This document shows, one piece after another, positions 13,276-26,049 of a stretch of 64,000 nucleotides of DNA. The notes under the pieces were generated by a model, which saw only the letters and a list, made by a program, of their open reading frames with translations, did not search any database and was not told the origin of the DNA. The DNA is from Centroscyllium fabricii. Taxonomy: Eukaryota. A program made the position numbers and the translations under genes. The stretch covers positions 344,286,001 to 344,350,000 of the forward strand of contig JBNRSN020000002.1 in assembly GCA_051313645.2 (NCBI GenBank), in the 5' to 3' direction. Numbering within the stretch: position 1 is the first letter of the stretch; every line of letters starts with the position of its first letter.

Positions 13276-13581
13276 GGACTATAACCTGGTGTTGTGTGAC
13301 TTCTTACATTTGTCCACCCCAGTCTAACACCGGCACCTCCACATTATAGGATAAGTATAACTGATTCTCATGTTATTCAATTTGTCCATTTGTAATTGTT
13401 TTAAAAATGTAACTTTTAAAAATTGCAACAATAAAGTAATAATCAAAGTAAAACATTAATGTGTCCTGTCAGATTGTGAATTTATTTCAAAGTCAGGACT
13501 CATGTCTTACACTTGAGCATTTTGCAGTTGTAGAATGCTAGTGAGAAAGACAGATGGAGCCAGTTACCAGTTACACCAGGA

Positions 13582-13691
13582 TGTGGAGGTGCCGGTGTTG
13601 GACTGGGGTGGACAAATGTAAGAAGTCACACAACACCAGGTTATACTCCAACAGTTTGGACTATAATCTGGTGTTGTGTGACTTCTTACAT
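13582..13691. mobile_element. Very short Penelope-derived palindromic insertion
   Basis: Tail of the same pLTR family in two opposite orientations; 14-bp TSD CAGTTACACCAGGA (13568-13581 and 13692-13705). Confidence 0.75.
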
Positions 13692-14759
13692 CAGTTACAC
13701 CAGGAAAGTGAATCCAGTTACCACTCAAACCTCAGGCATGCTGTTTACACACTTTCCTCAAATGGAAGCAACAGGAATATATTTTCATTGGGAAGGTTCT
13801 AAAATTTTGGCATTTTGTTTCATGTCTTAACCATCATGCTCTTCATAGAGTTTTCGGTTAGGATCTGGTATGCTTACATTTTTAATTTGTTACTCTATAA
13901 GGTAATGCCATTTTGATGTGCCAGTCACCTCAATTACGTTCACAATGGGAAGCTCTGAAACCCCAGCAACCATTAAGTTATACTGTACTACAGTTTGCTT
14001 CTTGCAGATTTGAACTTCTGCTGTCACTTTACAATCAATCTCTACCTTTCCATTATATATTAAACTTCTTGCATGTAGCATACACTTTCTGTGTCACCCT
14101 TACTTCCGATAACACTTCGTCTGTCATGAATTTTCCTATATCTATCATGCTTTTCTGTCACTCTTTACTATTATTTGAATTTCTTTTTAATTGATTTCAC
14201 TTACCTCTGATTAAATCCTCCATGCCTGGCATTGAAGGGTAGGTGGCCTTGTTGTGCATTTACCTTTGAAATCTCCTTGCCGAGTCTCCAGACTTAGAGA
14301 CAACATAGGGGTAATTTTAACCCCCAAAAATGGATGAGTTTAGGTTGAGTGTGAAGTTAAAATTAAAAATGTTTTAAACCCAACTCCACACCATCTTGAA
14401 CTTGCCCACAACAGAAGTGGATGGGAGAGTGGGGGACAGGCAATCAATCCGTTTCATGAGGCGGATCATCAGCAAACATTTTAAGGAGGTTGTGTGCCTC
14501 CATTTTAACAACCTTTTTATTTGTAACTCATTTCAGCCGGGTTTCCCGGACCTCGGGAAACCCAGCAGATAAAAGGAGGCGAGAAGTGCTGGATCCATAA
14601 AGTAAGTGTATTTACAGCATTGTTTGTGGACCAGGAGGAGTAGGAGTGTTTCTTCTGGGCTTAACAAGCTTACCTGAAAACTCCCACTCCCCGTGATCTC
14701 CCCCCGCGATCTATCCACTCCTCCCCGCCACGATCTCACCCCTCCCGCAATCTCCCCTA

Positions 14760-15130
14760 CACACCACCATCTCCAACCCCGCAATCTCACACTGCCCCCC
14801 ACTAGACCTCCCTCCGAAGGCAATCTCTCCCTGCCCACCACCATCTCCACCCCCCCGCAATCTCACACTGCCCCCCACTAGACCTCCCTCCGAAGGCAAT
14901 CTCTCCCTGCCCACCACCATCTCCACCCCCCCGCAATCTCACACTGCCCCCCACTAGACCTCCCTCCGAAGGCAATCTCTCCCTACCCACCACCATCTCC
15001 ACCCCCTGCAATCTCACACTGCCCCCCACTAGACCTCCCTCCCGCAACCTCCCCTACCCACCACCATCTCCACCCCCCGCAATCTCACACTGCCCCCCAC
15101 TAGACCTCCCTCTGAAGGCAATCTCTCCCT
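14760..15130. repeat. C-rich minisatellite, about 76-bp unit, about 4.5 copies, probably inside a MITE-like element (about 14308-15336)
   Basis: GCAATCTCACACTGCCCCCCACTAGACCTCCC recurs at 14781, 14857, 14933, 15008 and 15079. Confidence 0.9.
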
Positions 15131-16007
15131 ACCTGCTCCTCCTTCTGCTGCCGGCTTTCCCGCTCGACAGGTAGCCAACCTGTTTTCAGGCTGACTGTCG
15201 GGTGGGAAACCTGGACAAAAAATTTCAATACCATCTGCTTACAAATTGCAAGACCTTGGGGAAATCCGTATTTCCGGTCTTACGTCAATAAATAATCCCT
15301 TCACTCCTAATGTGTAGCCCCATAAATATCGGGGCCTGTGAAATAGTTGTTTTTTTAACCATTTTTAATATATTTATTTTTATGTTATGTAATGTTTAAT
15401 GGGACTTGCATGTGGTCCCTCCACTCCTGCACCACCACTGGTTCTTGCTACTGCTACCAGTTCCAGCTGCCCATTCCCACACATCTCTGCCTAGTTCCAC
15501 TGCACCCCCACTACCACCTCCCCCACCCCCCTGCTTAGTCATGCTGCAGAAAGAAGATCAGATGAGAGGGTGGGCACGGAGGGAGTGAAGAGTAGGGTTA
15601 GAATGAATGTGGTTAGCTTTGTTGTCCTCTACTCCTTTCTTCCAAAATATTGCCAAACTGCAGGCCTCCTTACCCCAACAGTCTCATCTACCACATTAGC
15701 CTTGATCATCTGTCTCAATCAATCATTATTAGACCACTCATCCTAACCTCCACTGACTCCAACCTGGCAGCTGGTGAAGATAAGGTTGGTAGATTAGGGA
15801 TCTGGCAGAGGCATGTGGTGAGGGAGCACCAGCGGCTGATGGTTTGGTGAGACTGATGAGGAGGGCAGCTCCCTTTGCTGCCAGACCCAAGAACTCTCCT
15901 ACTGCTGCCAGATCCTAGAACCACCCTCCCCTCTCACTCCTACCTTCCCCCACGGTCCAATGCTGGCAGATCTGAGGACTACCCCATCATAACTCTCACA
16001 GACCCTA

Positions 16008-17100
16008 TGGCTAGGATTTTGCTCACCTCAGCGGCTCCAGGGTGGGTGCCGTCAGTAGTGGGTCCCGACCCTGCTGCAGCTCCATCCTGCTCTGTGAAAT
16101 GACTTTCTCTTGATGGGGCTTGTTAAGCCCTCCCAGCACGTTTACCGGTCCAATTGGAGGAAGCGGGCCTGGTGACGTCACTTCATGATACGTCATCAGC
16201 TGGTTTCCATAATGGGATCATGGCCAACTTTACTTTGACATTTGTGCTGTCAGTGTTCTGCAGCATTGAGGTGCTGCAAACACTAACAATGACAAGCACA
16301 GGTGCAGGGCTGCACAGAGGTTCTCCCATGACTCCCACCATATGCTTATGGAGGGAGTCACAGCACGCAGGGAGGCCCTCCTTCCCTTCTCTCTGTATCT
16401 ACATTATCACATCCCCATCTCACTAGCCACCACTCACCCTCATCCTATTGCAATCATACCAATTAACAACACACAAGGGTAGGCACTTGAATGTTTTAGC
16501 CAATGTTCATGTAAAGTTTCTGTCAATGTGCTGTCACACATTGAAACCTTTATTTTCAACACTTTTCCTTCTTGGACAAATTTGTGTGCACCTTTGGAAG
16601 TAGCTAAATGTGTTGCAGTGAATGGTGAGACATAACGGCACTCCCCGCAATGGTGATGAGCGTGAAAGGAATGGCTTGGACATTGTAGGGGTGCTTTATG
16701 GCGTTGGGTGGTGCCAACCTGGCGTATCAGTCTACAGCGTCAAGTGAAGTAAATCTGGCCATGGTGAGGCCATCCCTGGCCTCCTGGGCAGCAATGTGGT
16801 CGGGTTTTGTGCTGATGCCCTGTTTCCTATGCAGCATCAATTGATTGCGGAGAAGGTTAGTGTTGTTGTTGGTGCTGCTGGTGTGCCTGGTGCTGCTGGT
16901 GTTGGGGCAGATCATGGTGGGATTCTGAGGACCAAGGTGAGAGAGTAAAAAAGGGCACCCATGTTGATGGAATGGATGGCAGGTGAAGTTGAGAAGACAG
17001 AAGAATTCTGTCAATGGTGAGAGAGGTTGTTCCAATGAGGTGACACTGGATGGAGAATGGAAAATGGAAAGCCTGCTCGATTAAATCACAGAATTTTAAT
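16008..17100. mobile_element. Internally deleted, old Harbinger remnant
   Basis: GGCTAGGATTTT-type end; decayed Myb/SANT-like start near 16300-16380 (+); possible transposase C-terminal remnant near 16700-17080 (-). Boundaries approximate. Confidence 0.45.
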
Positions 17101-17224
17101 ATTAACACAGTGGGTTATTCAGCAAAGAGATATTAATTGTAAGGGAAATGCTATTAATCTGTTTCTGATATTCCATGGTGGCTTAGTGGGTTTATGGAAA
17201 GTCCCAGGTTCAATCCCTGATCAG

Positions 17225-17615
17225 AAAGAACTTGCATTTATACAGCGTCAAGATATCTCAAACAGCTTTATATCCAATAAATCAGTTTTTGAAAGGCACT
17301 TAATTGTTTTGTTAGCAAAATTTGCACACAGCAAAGCCACACAAACAGCAATGGGATTAATGACCCATCAATCTATTTTTTCATATTGTTGTTTGAAGAA
17401 GGAATGTTGAGTAGAATGAGATATGGTGTTAATGATGCGCTTCCAATAGTGCCATGGGATCAATTATGTCAATCTGAATAGATAGGCAGGGCTTTGGTTT
17501 ATCATCTACATCTAAAAGATAGCACCTCCCTGGAGTGTCAGCCTCATCACCTGAAGTGGGGCCTGAACTCAGAACTTTTGGCCTCAGAAGCGAAAATGCA
17601 ACAACTGAGCTGAGC
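17225..17615 (-). mobile_element. Old Deu-domain SINE (SacSINE1/AmnSINE-like)
   Basis: Minus strand has a degenerate tRNA-like head (GCTCAGTTG...GTTCAGGCCCC) followed by Deu-like GGTGCTATCTTTTAGATG...GATCCCATGGCAC. Confidence 0.55.
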
Positions 17616-18099
17616 TGATGGCGATTTATGCCCATTACAATATTCCCCAGTATTCATGGGCTAGAAAGTGAAAATAATCAGGTATTATTCCTGCTCCTGA
17701 TTCCGATCTGAAACGTGTGGATATCAGGAGAGAACAGGATTGGGATTTGGTTCCATTTCTCCCAGCAGTGCAGCAGCCTTCACTGCCCTGGGTCACAATG
17801 AAGAATGGTGAGTTTATGCTGGAGCTGCCAGTGACCAAAGGACTGTACCAGGAAAGGAGGGGTGAAATTTGGGGGGAAAGTTGTGCCACAAGGGGGTAGA
17901 TTTTGACTCTTGGATGACTGACCGGCGGACCGCGCTGGTCGGCTGTCCGTTCTGGCGGCAAAGAATCCCTCACAACTTCTAGGCCCCAGCCTCTTTTAAA
18001 TTTTGCAGGTGATCTGCGGTGTGCCAAACAGGCATCCTGATGCAGCTTGCTGGATTGAGGCCTCATGGTCAGGCTGGGGCAGCCGCCATCCAGGTGAGT

Positions 18100-20640
18100 T
18101 ACATAGAAGATAGGAGCAGGAGTAGGCCATTAAGCCCTTCGAGCCTGCTCCACCATTCAATTAGATCATGACTGATCTTTGAGATTCAGTACCCTGTCCC
18201 TGCCTTCTCCCCATATCCCTTGATCCCTTCAGCCTGAAGAAATATATCCAACTCCTTCTTGAATATATTTAATGAACTGGCCTCCACTGCCCTCGGTGGC
18301 AGAGAATTCCACAGGTTCACCACTCTCTGGGTGAAGAAATTCACCCTCATCTCAGTCCTAAATGGCTTTCCCCTTATCCTTAGACTATGGCCCCTGGTTC
18401 TGGACTCCCCTTTCATCGGAAACATCCTTTCTGCATCCAGTCTGTCCAGGCCTGAAAGAATCTTGTAGGTTTTGATGAGATCCCCTCTCAATCGTCTGAA
18501 CTCCAGTGAGTACAAGCCCAATCGACTCAATCTCTCCCCATACATCATTCCTGCCATCCCCGGTATCAGCCTGGTGAATCTTCGCTGCACTCCTTCAATG
18601 GCAAGAACGTCCTTCCTCAGGTGAAATGGCCAAAACTGTACACAATACTCGAGGCGTGGTCTCACCAAGGTCCTGTAGAGCTGCAGCAAGACATCCTTAT
18701 TCTTATATTCAAACCCTCTTGCTACGAAGGCCAACATACCATTTGCCTTCTTAACCGCCTGTTGCACCTGCATACTTGCCTTCAGCGACTGGTGCACAAG
18801 AACACCCAGGTCTCTTTGCACTTCCCCGTCTCCCAATCTATTGCCATTCAAATAATAATCTGCCCTCCTGTTTTTGCCACCAAAGTGGATAACCTCACAT
18901 TTATCCACATTGTAGTGCATTTGCCATGTACCTGCCCAATCCCCCAATCTGTCCAAATCACATTGGAGTTTCTCGACATCCTCCTCACAGCATACCCTTC
19001 CACCTAGCTTTGTGTTGTCTGCAAATTTGGAGATATTACATCCAATTCCCTCGTCCAAATCATTAATATATATTGTGAACAGCTGGGGTCCTAGGGCCGA
19101 TCCTTGCAGTACCCCACTAGTCACTGCCTGCCACTCGGAAAATGACCCGTTTATTCCAACACTCTGTTTTCTATCTGCCAACCAGTTCTCTATCCCAGTC
19201 AATACCTTGCCCCCAATCCCATGAGCCTTAATTTTGCACACTAATCTCTTATGTGGGACCTTATCGAAAGCTTTCTGAAAGTCCAAATACACCACATCTA
19301 CTGGTTCTCCCCTATCTATTTTACCAGTTACATCCTCAAAAATTCCAGTAGATTAGTCAAGCACGATTTACCTTTTGTAAATCCATGCTGACTCTGTCCG
19401 ATCCTGTCACTGTTTACTGCTATTACATCTTTAATAATGGACTCTAGCATTTTCCCCACTACTGATGGCAGGCTTACTGGTCTATAATTCCCTGCTTTTT
19501 CTCTACCCCCCTTTTTGAATAGTGGGGTAACATTAGCTACCCTTCAATCCATGGGTACTGTTCCAGAGTTTATCGAGTTCTGGAAGATGATCAGCAAATC
19601 ATCTGCTATCTCCAGGGCCACTTCCTTAAGTACCCTAGGATGTAGATTATCAGGCCCTGGGGATTTGTCAGCCTTCAATCCCTTCAACTTCCCCAACACC
19701 ATATCCCTACAAATACAGTACTGATTTCTATCAGTTCCTCCCTCTCATTAGTCCCTTTGTTTCCTGACATCTCTGGGAGGTTATTTGTGTCCTCCTTTGT
19801 GAAGACAGAACCAAAATATGTATTTAATTGGCCTGCCATTTCCTTGTTCCCCATTATATATTCTCCTGATTCGGACTGCAAGGGACCGATGCTTGATTTC
19901 ACCAATCTTTTCCTCTTAATATATCTATAAAAGCTTTTGCAGTCAGATTTTATGTTCGCCGCAAGCTTACTTTCATAATCTATTTTCCCTCTCTTAATTA
20001 ATCCCTTTGTCCTCCTTTGCTGTATCCTAAACTGCTCCAAATCCTCAGGTCTGTTGCTTTTTTTGGCCAAATTATATGCCCTCTCTTTGGATTTTATGTT
20101 ATCTCTTATTTCCCTTGTTATCGACGGTTGAGTCACCTTTTTTGGTTTATTTTTATGCCAAACTGGTATAAACAAGTTCTGTAATTCTTCCATTCGATCT
20201 TTGAATGTTTGCCATTGTCCATCCACCGTCAACCCCCCGAGCGACACCACCCAATCAATCCTACCCAACTCGCGTCTCACACCATCATAGTTCCCTTTAC
20301 TTAAATTCAGGACCTTAGTCTCTGAGTCAATTTCTTCACTCTCCATCTTAAGTGAGAATTCGATAATATTATGATCGCTCCGACCCAAGGGGTCTCGTGC
20401 AACAAGATTGCTAATTAATTCTTTCTCATTGCATAATACCCAGTCTAAGATGGCCTGATCCCGAGTTGGTTCCTCAACATATTGGTCCAGATAACGATCC
20501 CATAAACATTCTAGGAATTCCTCCTCCACAGTATTTTTACTAATTTGGCTAGCCCAATCTATATGTAAATTAAAGTCACCCATGATGACAGCTGTTCCCT
20601 TACTGTATGCTTCTCTAATTTCCCTTTTAATGCCTCCCCT
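18100..20640 (-). mobile_element. CR1 LINE ORF2 (endonuclease end plus RT), 5'-truncated, frameshifted
   Basis: ORFs 19684-20667 (MGDFN, SDHN) and 18186-19295 (YLDFQKAFDKVPH, QGSALGP, KFADN); TTCTATGT tail at 18100. Appears to split a MITE-like element (about 17892-18099 and 20641-21000). Confidence 0.93.
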
Positions 20641-22870
20641 GCAGGTGGTGGGGTGGGGGGGTCCCATTCACAGAGGGTGGGGGTCCCAATTGACACTTAA
20701 GCTTTGATGGGCCGCTTTGGTTCCATTGCCCATGGAGCTGTTCGGAAGGAGCACGGTGCAGGTTGGTTCCAGCCTAAAATGGCAATCAGGATTCTATTTA
20801 TGTCACAGGACCCAGGTTTCCATATTAAAAGGGGTCTATCACCTGACTCAGGCAGGTTCTTTATACACCTAATGGTAGGCCTCTTTCAAAGCAAGATGCT
20901 GGCTGCATCGCTGGTGTTAACTGGGCATTAAGGCTACAGAGCCCATTTTGAAGCCATTACCACCCCGTTAATGCCAAGCAAAGGTAGTGAAAGTTAACCC
21001 TAACTAATCAATTTTCTAAACAGTATCATTAGCTTTGAAGACTAATTCCTATAGATGAAGTTATGGTGTTAATGATGCAACTTCATGCAGAAATGCATCT
21101 TATACAGAATGTTATACACTGTGGGTAGATTTTTGTTCTCATTGCCTGGCTGTTAAAAATCTTCTGGATGGAATGTAGAGTAGAAAACCAAACAGGGAGG
21201 ATTGCATGTCCGAGATGGAGTGTGACTAATTTTCCTTCCGTTAACTTAAATGAAAGGATAATTGGGTGGGCTCCATCATGGATTTGATATCCCTCTGCCT
21301 GATTTTGCTCTTTATGCTCCCCCAGGTGATGTTTTATGCCCAGGCGGTAAAGACTAACAATTATTTAAGTTTATAACTGCAATAATCACAGAGTGATTCA
21401 ATCTTAAAGCAATGTTATGTTAAGACAAACTGTTAATGTAAGACCATCTCACCTCTGATCAGGAAGAATTTTCTTTTCTCAACCTTCTAAATAACTAACA
21501 TCAATTTCCAGCCTTTATTCTTCAGTTGGGGTTATACAAATTAACCTCTAATTAATGTAAATGGTATAATTATATCTCCTAGACATAGGTTTGATAAACT
21601 GGCGAACTGGTAGCATTCGTCGTCATCCCGACTGCAAATTCCAGGTCATTGTATTTTATTTTATAAAATATGTTACACAAAAGTACTCCTCCATCACCAC
21701 TCATCTCAGAAGCATAATAACGATAAGGACATGGCTTCTTGGTTAAAATCTAAAAACGATCTGTTACAATTTGTTTTTTGGTGATGGTTTGGGGTGGGGG
21801 ATTTTCTAATCATTAAGGCAAAGGATTTCAGTGTTTGAGATGTCACCTTTCTTTCAGTTGTTGCCCCAGTGTGAGTGTCAAATGCTCCCAGATCAGATAT
21901 AATGTGGGCCAGATGTGAGGTGAAGCTAAGCTTATCCATATGCCTCAACCTCAAAATCCACCCGGAGTGAAATTGTCAGTTTATTGCAATTAATGTCAAC
22001 TTGTAGGTAATTCTGTGGACCGAGATCTACTTAGAGCTGGGTTGAAACTTTTCAAATGTATTTCATTTAGGAGAATGAGAGCCAACATTTGTCTGGGCCG
22101 GATTCAAACCCAGGTCTCAGAAGTGGAACAATGTGGTAACATAGATACCAAAAAAATTCATTCAAATTAAATCTGAATAAATGCATACTAGAGAGTTACT
22201 GTACAATGACATTTATTATCTTTTTTAAAGTCTTGCTTGCAATGTATTATATTTTAGAGACACAAAAGTGTCATTCAATTTGCAATGGAATGACACTAAG
22301 GATAGCAGAGAGCCATCAAACTCCAGCGAGTTTCAAAAGTTTAACAAATAATAGTGAATATCCTTTAAGGATGTGTAAAGAACACATCAACAATCTCAGA
22401 GACCAGTTTACCAGAATGCACTTAACTGTTACCATAGCTGACAGCAATGTGAAGCTGTATAATTAAGTTGAAAGCACAGGTATATTTATACTTAACCTTA
22501 CTTTATAACATATACAAGCATGCATATACATTAAAACAATCTATCATTGCTCAATTTGTTTTAGTAAAAGTCACATAAATAATTGATGTTTTTTTAATCA
22601 GTACAGAACTCAAAAAGACATTCTGTGGGTACTGAACTTTAAATTGCCACATTACCAGATTCTGTTCCTTTTAGAGATATTTTTTCTGTGTTTCATGTTG
22701 ATTGCCAGGAACATATTGTGCAATGTCAAAATAACATATTCCTGGTCACAAGGTTGCCTAATATGCTAGAGTACCAAAGCCTGGATAACTCACAGAATTG
22801 GCGATCATCATACAATATGCAATAACAGCAAATCTGCAAGTGCTCCAGAGAGGTTAAGTATGAGGCCTAC

Positions 22871-22983
22871 CTGTCCACACTGAGCGCGCACAGGTTCAGC
22901 ACCGTGATCCCCACTGAAGTTTTCTGCAAGAAAGGCAGCAGCTTGCAAACAACAATTCCAAAAGGCCACTCTCGAGCCAGAAG
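22871..22983 (-). CDS. EDNRA: Endothelin receptor, coding exon 2 (ECL1-TM3)
   Basis: TCTTTTTCCAG | [38 protein letters not shown] | GTAGG; 113 nt; phase matches exon 1. The symbol is a best guess (A-like); see findings. Confidence 0.9.
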
Positions 22984-23873
22984 CTGGAAAAAGATGATTG
23001 GCAAAGGACACAAATGTCAACTTAATGTGTCTAAATAGAAAAAAATTCGCAAAATGGGGGGGGGGGGGGGGGGGAGGGAAGAAATAAAAACAAGACATCA
23101 ATTAACCTGCAAGTCCACTTAGAATAGTATAAAGAGAAATAAATGGCAAGAGTTAACAACTGACAGATGGATAGAAGCCACAAAGGAGTTGTGTTAAAAT
23201 CAGAGTGAAAACTATTGAAGACCACATGTAGAAGATAGAGAATGGTGTGAGGAGTAGAAAGAGCCAGCTTAGATAGGTGGAAATAGTGAATAGTGTACAA
23301 GGAATGAAGCCTGAAGACAATGGCTTGGTTAACACCAAAAAGTGAGAAGTGACTAACATTATTCGGATTAAATTGGAATACAGAATTCTGTCAGGAACCT
23401 GAGGCTTTTTTATTTCTTTTCAAATTTCATGAATTAAAATGCAAGAGATAAAAATACACCATAAAAGTAGATAAGGGAACATGGGAGAGTGCAATAGATA
23501 CAGAGAAGTGGTCAGGTTAGTTAATAGACAGAGGCTATGAATATATATTAAGGGACAAAGGAAGGAGGACAGAGACATTGGAAAAGGGGAAAAGAAACAG
23601 GAAATAAAATGAATGTTATGGAATGAGAGGACAAGAAAGGAGAGCACAGGACAGGAGTGTGGAGGGCTGGAGGAAGACAATGTGAGTGGGAAGGAGTGGA
23701 AAGAAGAGGGCAGACAAAGATCGGAGATGAAAGAACAAGAATGTATTTGACGTTGAGGCAAGAAATAAGAGAACAGGGCAGAAGTGAAGATGACAAGAGG
23801 TGGGATGAAGAATCGCACAGGAGAGGTGAAGACGGGAATGAGATCAGGGGGCTACAGAGGAAGGCAGATTTAC

Positions 23874-24359
23874 CTTGTAGACATGGATGGGGATGTCGAT
23901 CGTGATATAGAGCAAGTCTCCCAGGGCCAGGCTCCCGATCAACAAATTAGGACCATTCCTCATGCACTTGTTCTTGTAGATAATCCTCAGCAAGGTCGCG
24001 TTGCCAATCACCCCGATTACGAAAATGAAACAAGCGACCACGGCGGTGATGTATTTGAAGATGCTGCTGCTGGCGGGCGCGAAGGAGCAGTCAGGGATGG
24101 TCACATTGCCCATGCTTGTGTTGAAGTCGCTCATCTCGCCCAGTTCATCCGGACGGGCGCTGCTCCTTTGAGGCAATCCATCCTGCTGGGGCCAGACTGT
24201 GGTGTAATGGAATAAATCCATGTGATGGGAAGGTGAAACAAACCCCACCCCGGTCTCATTTTCAGATTCCGAATATTCTTCGGGGGTGATCTGTGATATT
24301 CCAAAGCCAGCAAATAAAGTCATCCAACACAGACTCATGCCAACATGCAACAGCTCCAT
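23874..24359 (-). CDS. EDNRA: Endothelin receptor (EDNRA-like), coding exon 1: signal peptide, N-terminus, TM1-TM2
   Basis: ATG at 24359; [62 protein letters not shown], then donor GTAAAT at the conserved endothelin-receptor exon boundary. The family call is secure; the paralogue is not. Confidence 0.92.
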
Positions 24360-24689
24360 TCTCAGGAAGTCCAAGGGAATCACACACACACAAGACACTG
24401 CGAGAAGCGCCGAAAGTGCGCCAATCGTCCTGATTTTACACGTTAAAATCACCCCAAACCTGTAGCATTGGCCAGATCTGTACAGTGCTCAAGAGCTGTG
24501 CAGACAGACAGCCTCAGTTTCTCGGCACTCTGCGCCCGGTGCTGGGTGAAGATGCAGCCCCCTTCCAGAGCTCACTCAAGCTGGTAACGAAGGCTTGTGT
24601 GACCTGGGCTGAGCCGATCCCAGCTCCTCAATCCTCAGGCTGGAGGTTGTCCCACTGAAGTTCGTCACTCTTTGAAGCTCCCAAAAACG

Positions 24690-24950
24690 GAGGGGCGGGA
24701 GAGAGAGAGAGAGAGAGAGGGGGGACAGAGGCAGGCAGAAAGTCGACAGCCTCTCCCACCCCCAGGCTCAGCAACAACCAGTCCTCCCGGGAGCTGTCCA
24801 GACACTAACCCAAGAACCAGCCGCACCGGCGCTCGGTACTGTGTCCCAGCAATCTGGGCAGCCTGTGTGGACACCAGCTCCACATATACTGGCTGGACAA
24901 GGGGAGATTGATGCAAGTATATATATATATGGTGCTTCGCGTGCATTGGA
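24690..24950 (-). promoter_or_regulatory. Putative promoter and 5' UTR of the endothelin receptor gene
   Basis: CCAAT (24945-24949, minus) just upstream of a (TA)n TATA-like run (24918-24930); GC-richer, repeat-free region with a (GA)n tract at about 24700-24720. Confidence 0.5.
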
Positions 24951-25642
24951 CCACTAAAAAGAGTTTGGAAATAAATGTTTTACACTCGTGCAAACCTTTC
25001 TAAATTTCGCTCGATAACTTTTAACACAAATGTCACCGCGTTCGTCATTTACTCATTTCAACATTTATCAAACAAAAGGCTTTGGGTTAGTGATAAATCA
25101 GTCTGCACACTCACCCCTTGTATAATCTTGGGTTTATATTCAAACAGCTGAACACATGTCCTAAGGTGAAGCGGAAGCGGTGACTTTTTAAAAAACTTTC
25201 TGTTAAGCTTTCCCCTGTTCCATAAACATCAGATAAATCTCCAGGACTCGTCATCCCACTTTCCGGTAAACAGCGTGAAAACAAAATATCCGCAAAATGT
25301 TTGAACTCTATGATCTGAGTTGTTAAGTGGAGTTTTTCAGAAACAGCAGCCTCGGCCTTCAACAGGGAACAGCGACAAGCTGCTTCACACAGGGGAAATC
25401 AGCTGCAAGAAACCAGGAGAGCGTCGGAGAAGCACGATTGGAGAGTGAGGAGAGTTGATCTTTTTGAAAAGGTTTTGAAAGATGGAGAATGAAGAAGCGA
25501 GGAGGGTGAGTGGAGGCAGCAGGGAGCAATCCCAAGGAGTGGGCAGCATTTGGCCCAAGGCTTTGCTGCCAGTCAGTGAGGATGGGGGTTAATAAAAGAG
25601 CAGGACTTATTGTGGGACAAGATATAGGCAGCTGGGCTTTGG

Positions 25643-26048
25643 ACATAGAAACATAGAAGATAGGAGCAGGAGTAGGCCATTCGGCCCTTCGAGCCTGCTC
25701 CGCCATTCAATGAGATCATGGCTGATCATCCAAACTCAGTACCCCGTCCCTGCCCTCTCCCCATATCCCTCGATCCCTATCGAGGCTGCACTGACACACA
25801 TCCCACCCCATCCCCGTAACCCCACATATTCAATTCCCCTAACACTAAGGGTCAATTTATCATGGCCAATCAACCTAACCCGCACATCTTTGGACTGTGG
25901 GAGGAAACCGGAGCACCGGGAGGAAACCCACGCAGACACGGGGAGAATGTGCAAACTCCACACAGATAGTACCCGAGGCTGGATTTGAACCCGGGTCTCC
26001 AGTGCTGTGGAGGCAACCGTGCTAACCACTGTGCCACCGTGCCGCCCC
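25643..26048 (-). mobile_element. HE1-type SINE, full length
   Basis: Same family as 1-282 and 5054-5454, with CR1-derived tail. Confidence 0.9.
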
Positions 26049-26049
26049 A

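Larger units (their letters stand above)
7894..13346. mobile_element. Penelope-like element remnant with inverted terminal (pLTR) repeats, interrupted by a Gypsy insertion
   Basis: GIY-YIG fragment on minus (YIGETMQTLRQRMNGHR, ORF 8160-8597). 7894-8132 is the inverted copy of 8571-8785 plus 13280 onward. 12-bp TSD TAGGATAAGTAT at 7882-7893 and 13347-13358. Confidence 0.85.

Noticed and set aside
14760-15130. Regular repeats resembling a CRISPR array
   Set aside because: Units are contiguous with no unique spacers; eukaryotic minisatellite.
23031-23818. Hydrophobic minus-strand ORFs
   Set aside because: Artefact of a pyrimidine-rich intron strand; no recognisable motifs.
24360-24452. 31-aa N-terminal extension of the receptor in the ORF track
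   Set aside because: Starts at GTG; the ATG at 24359 directly precedes a signal-peptide-like segment.
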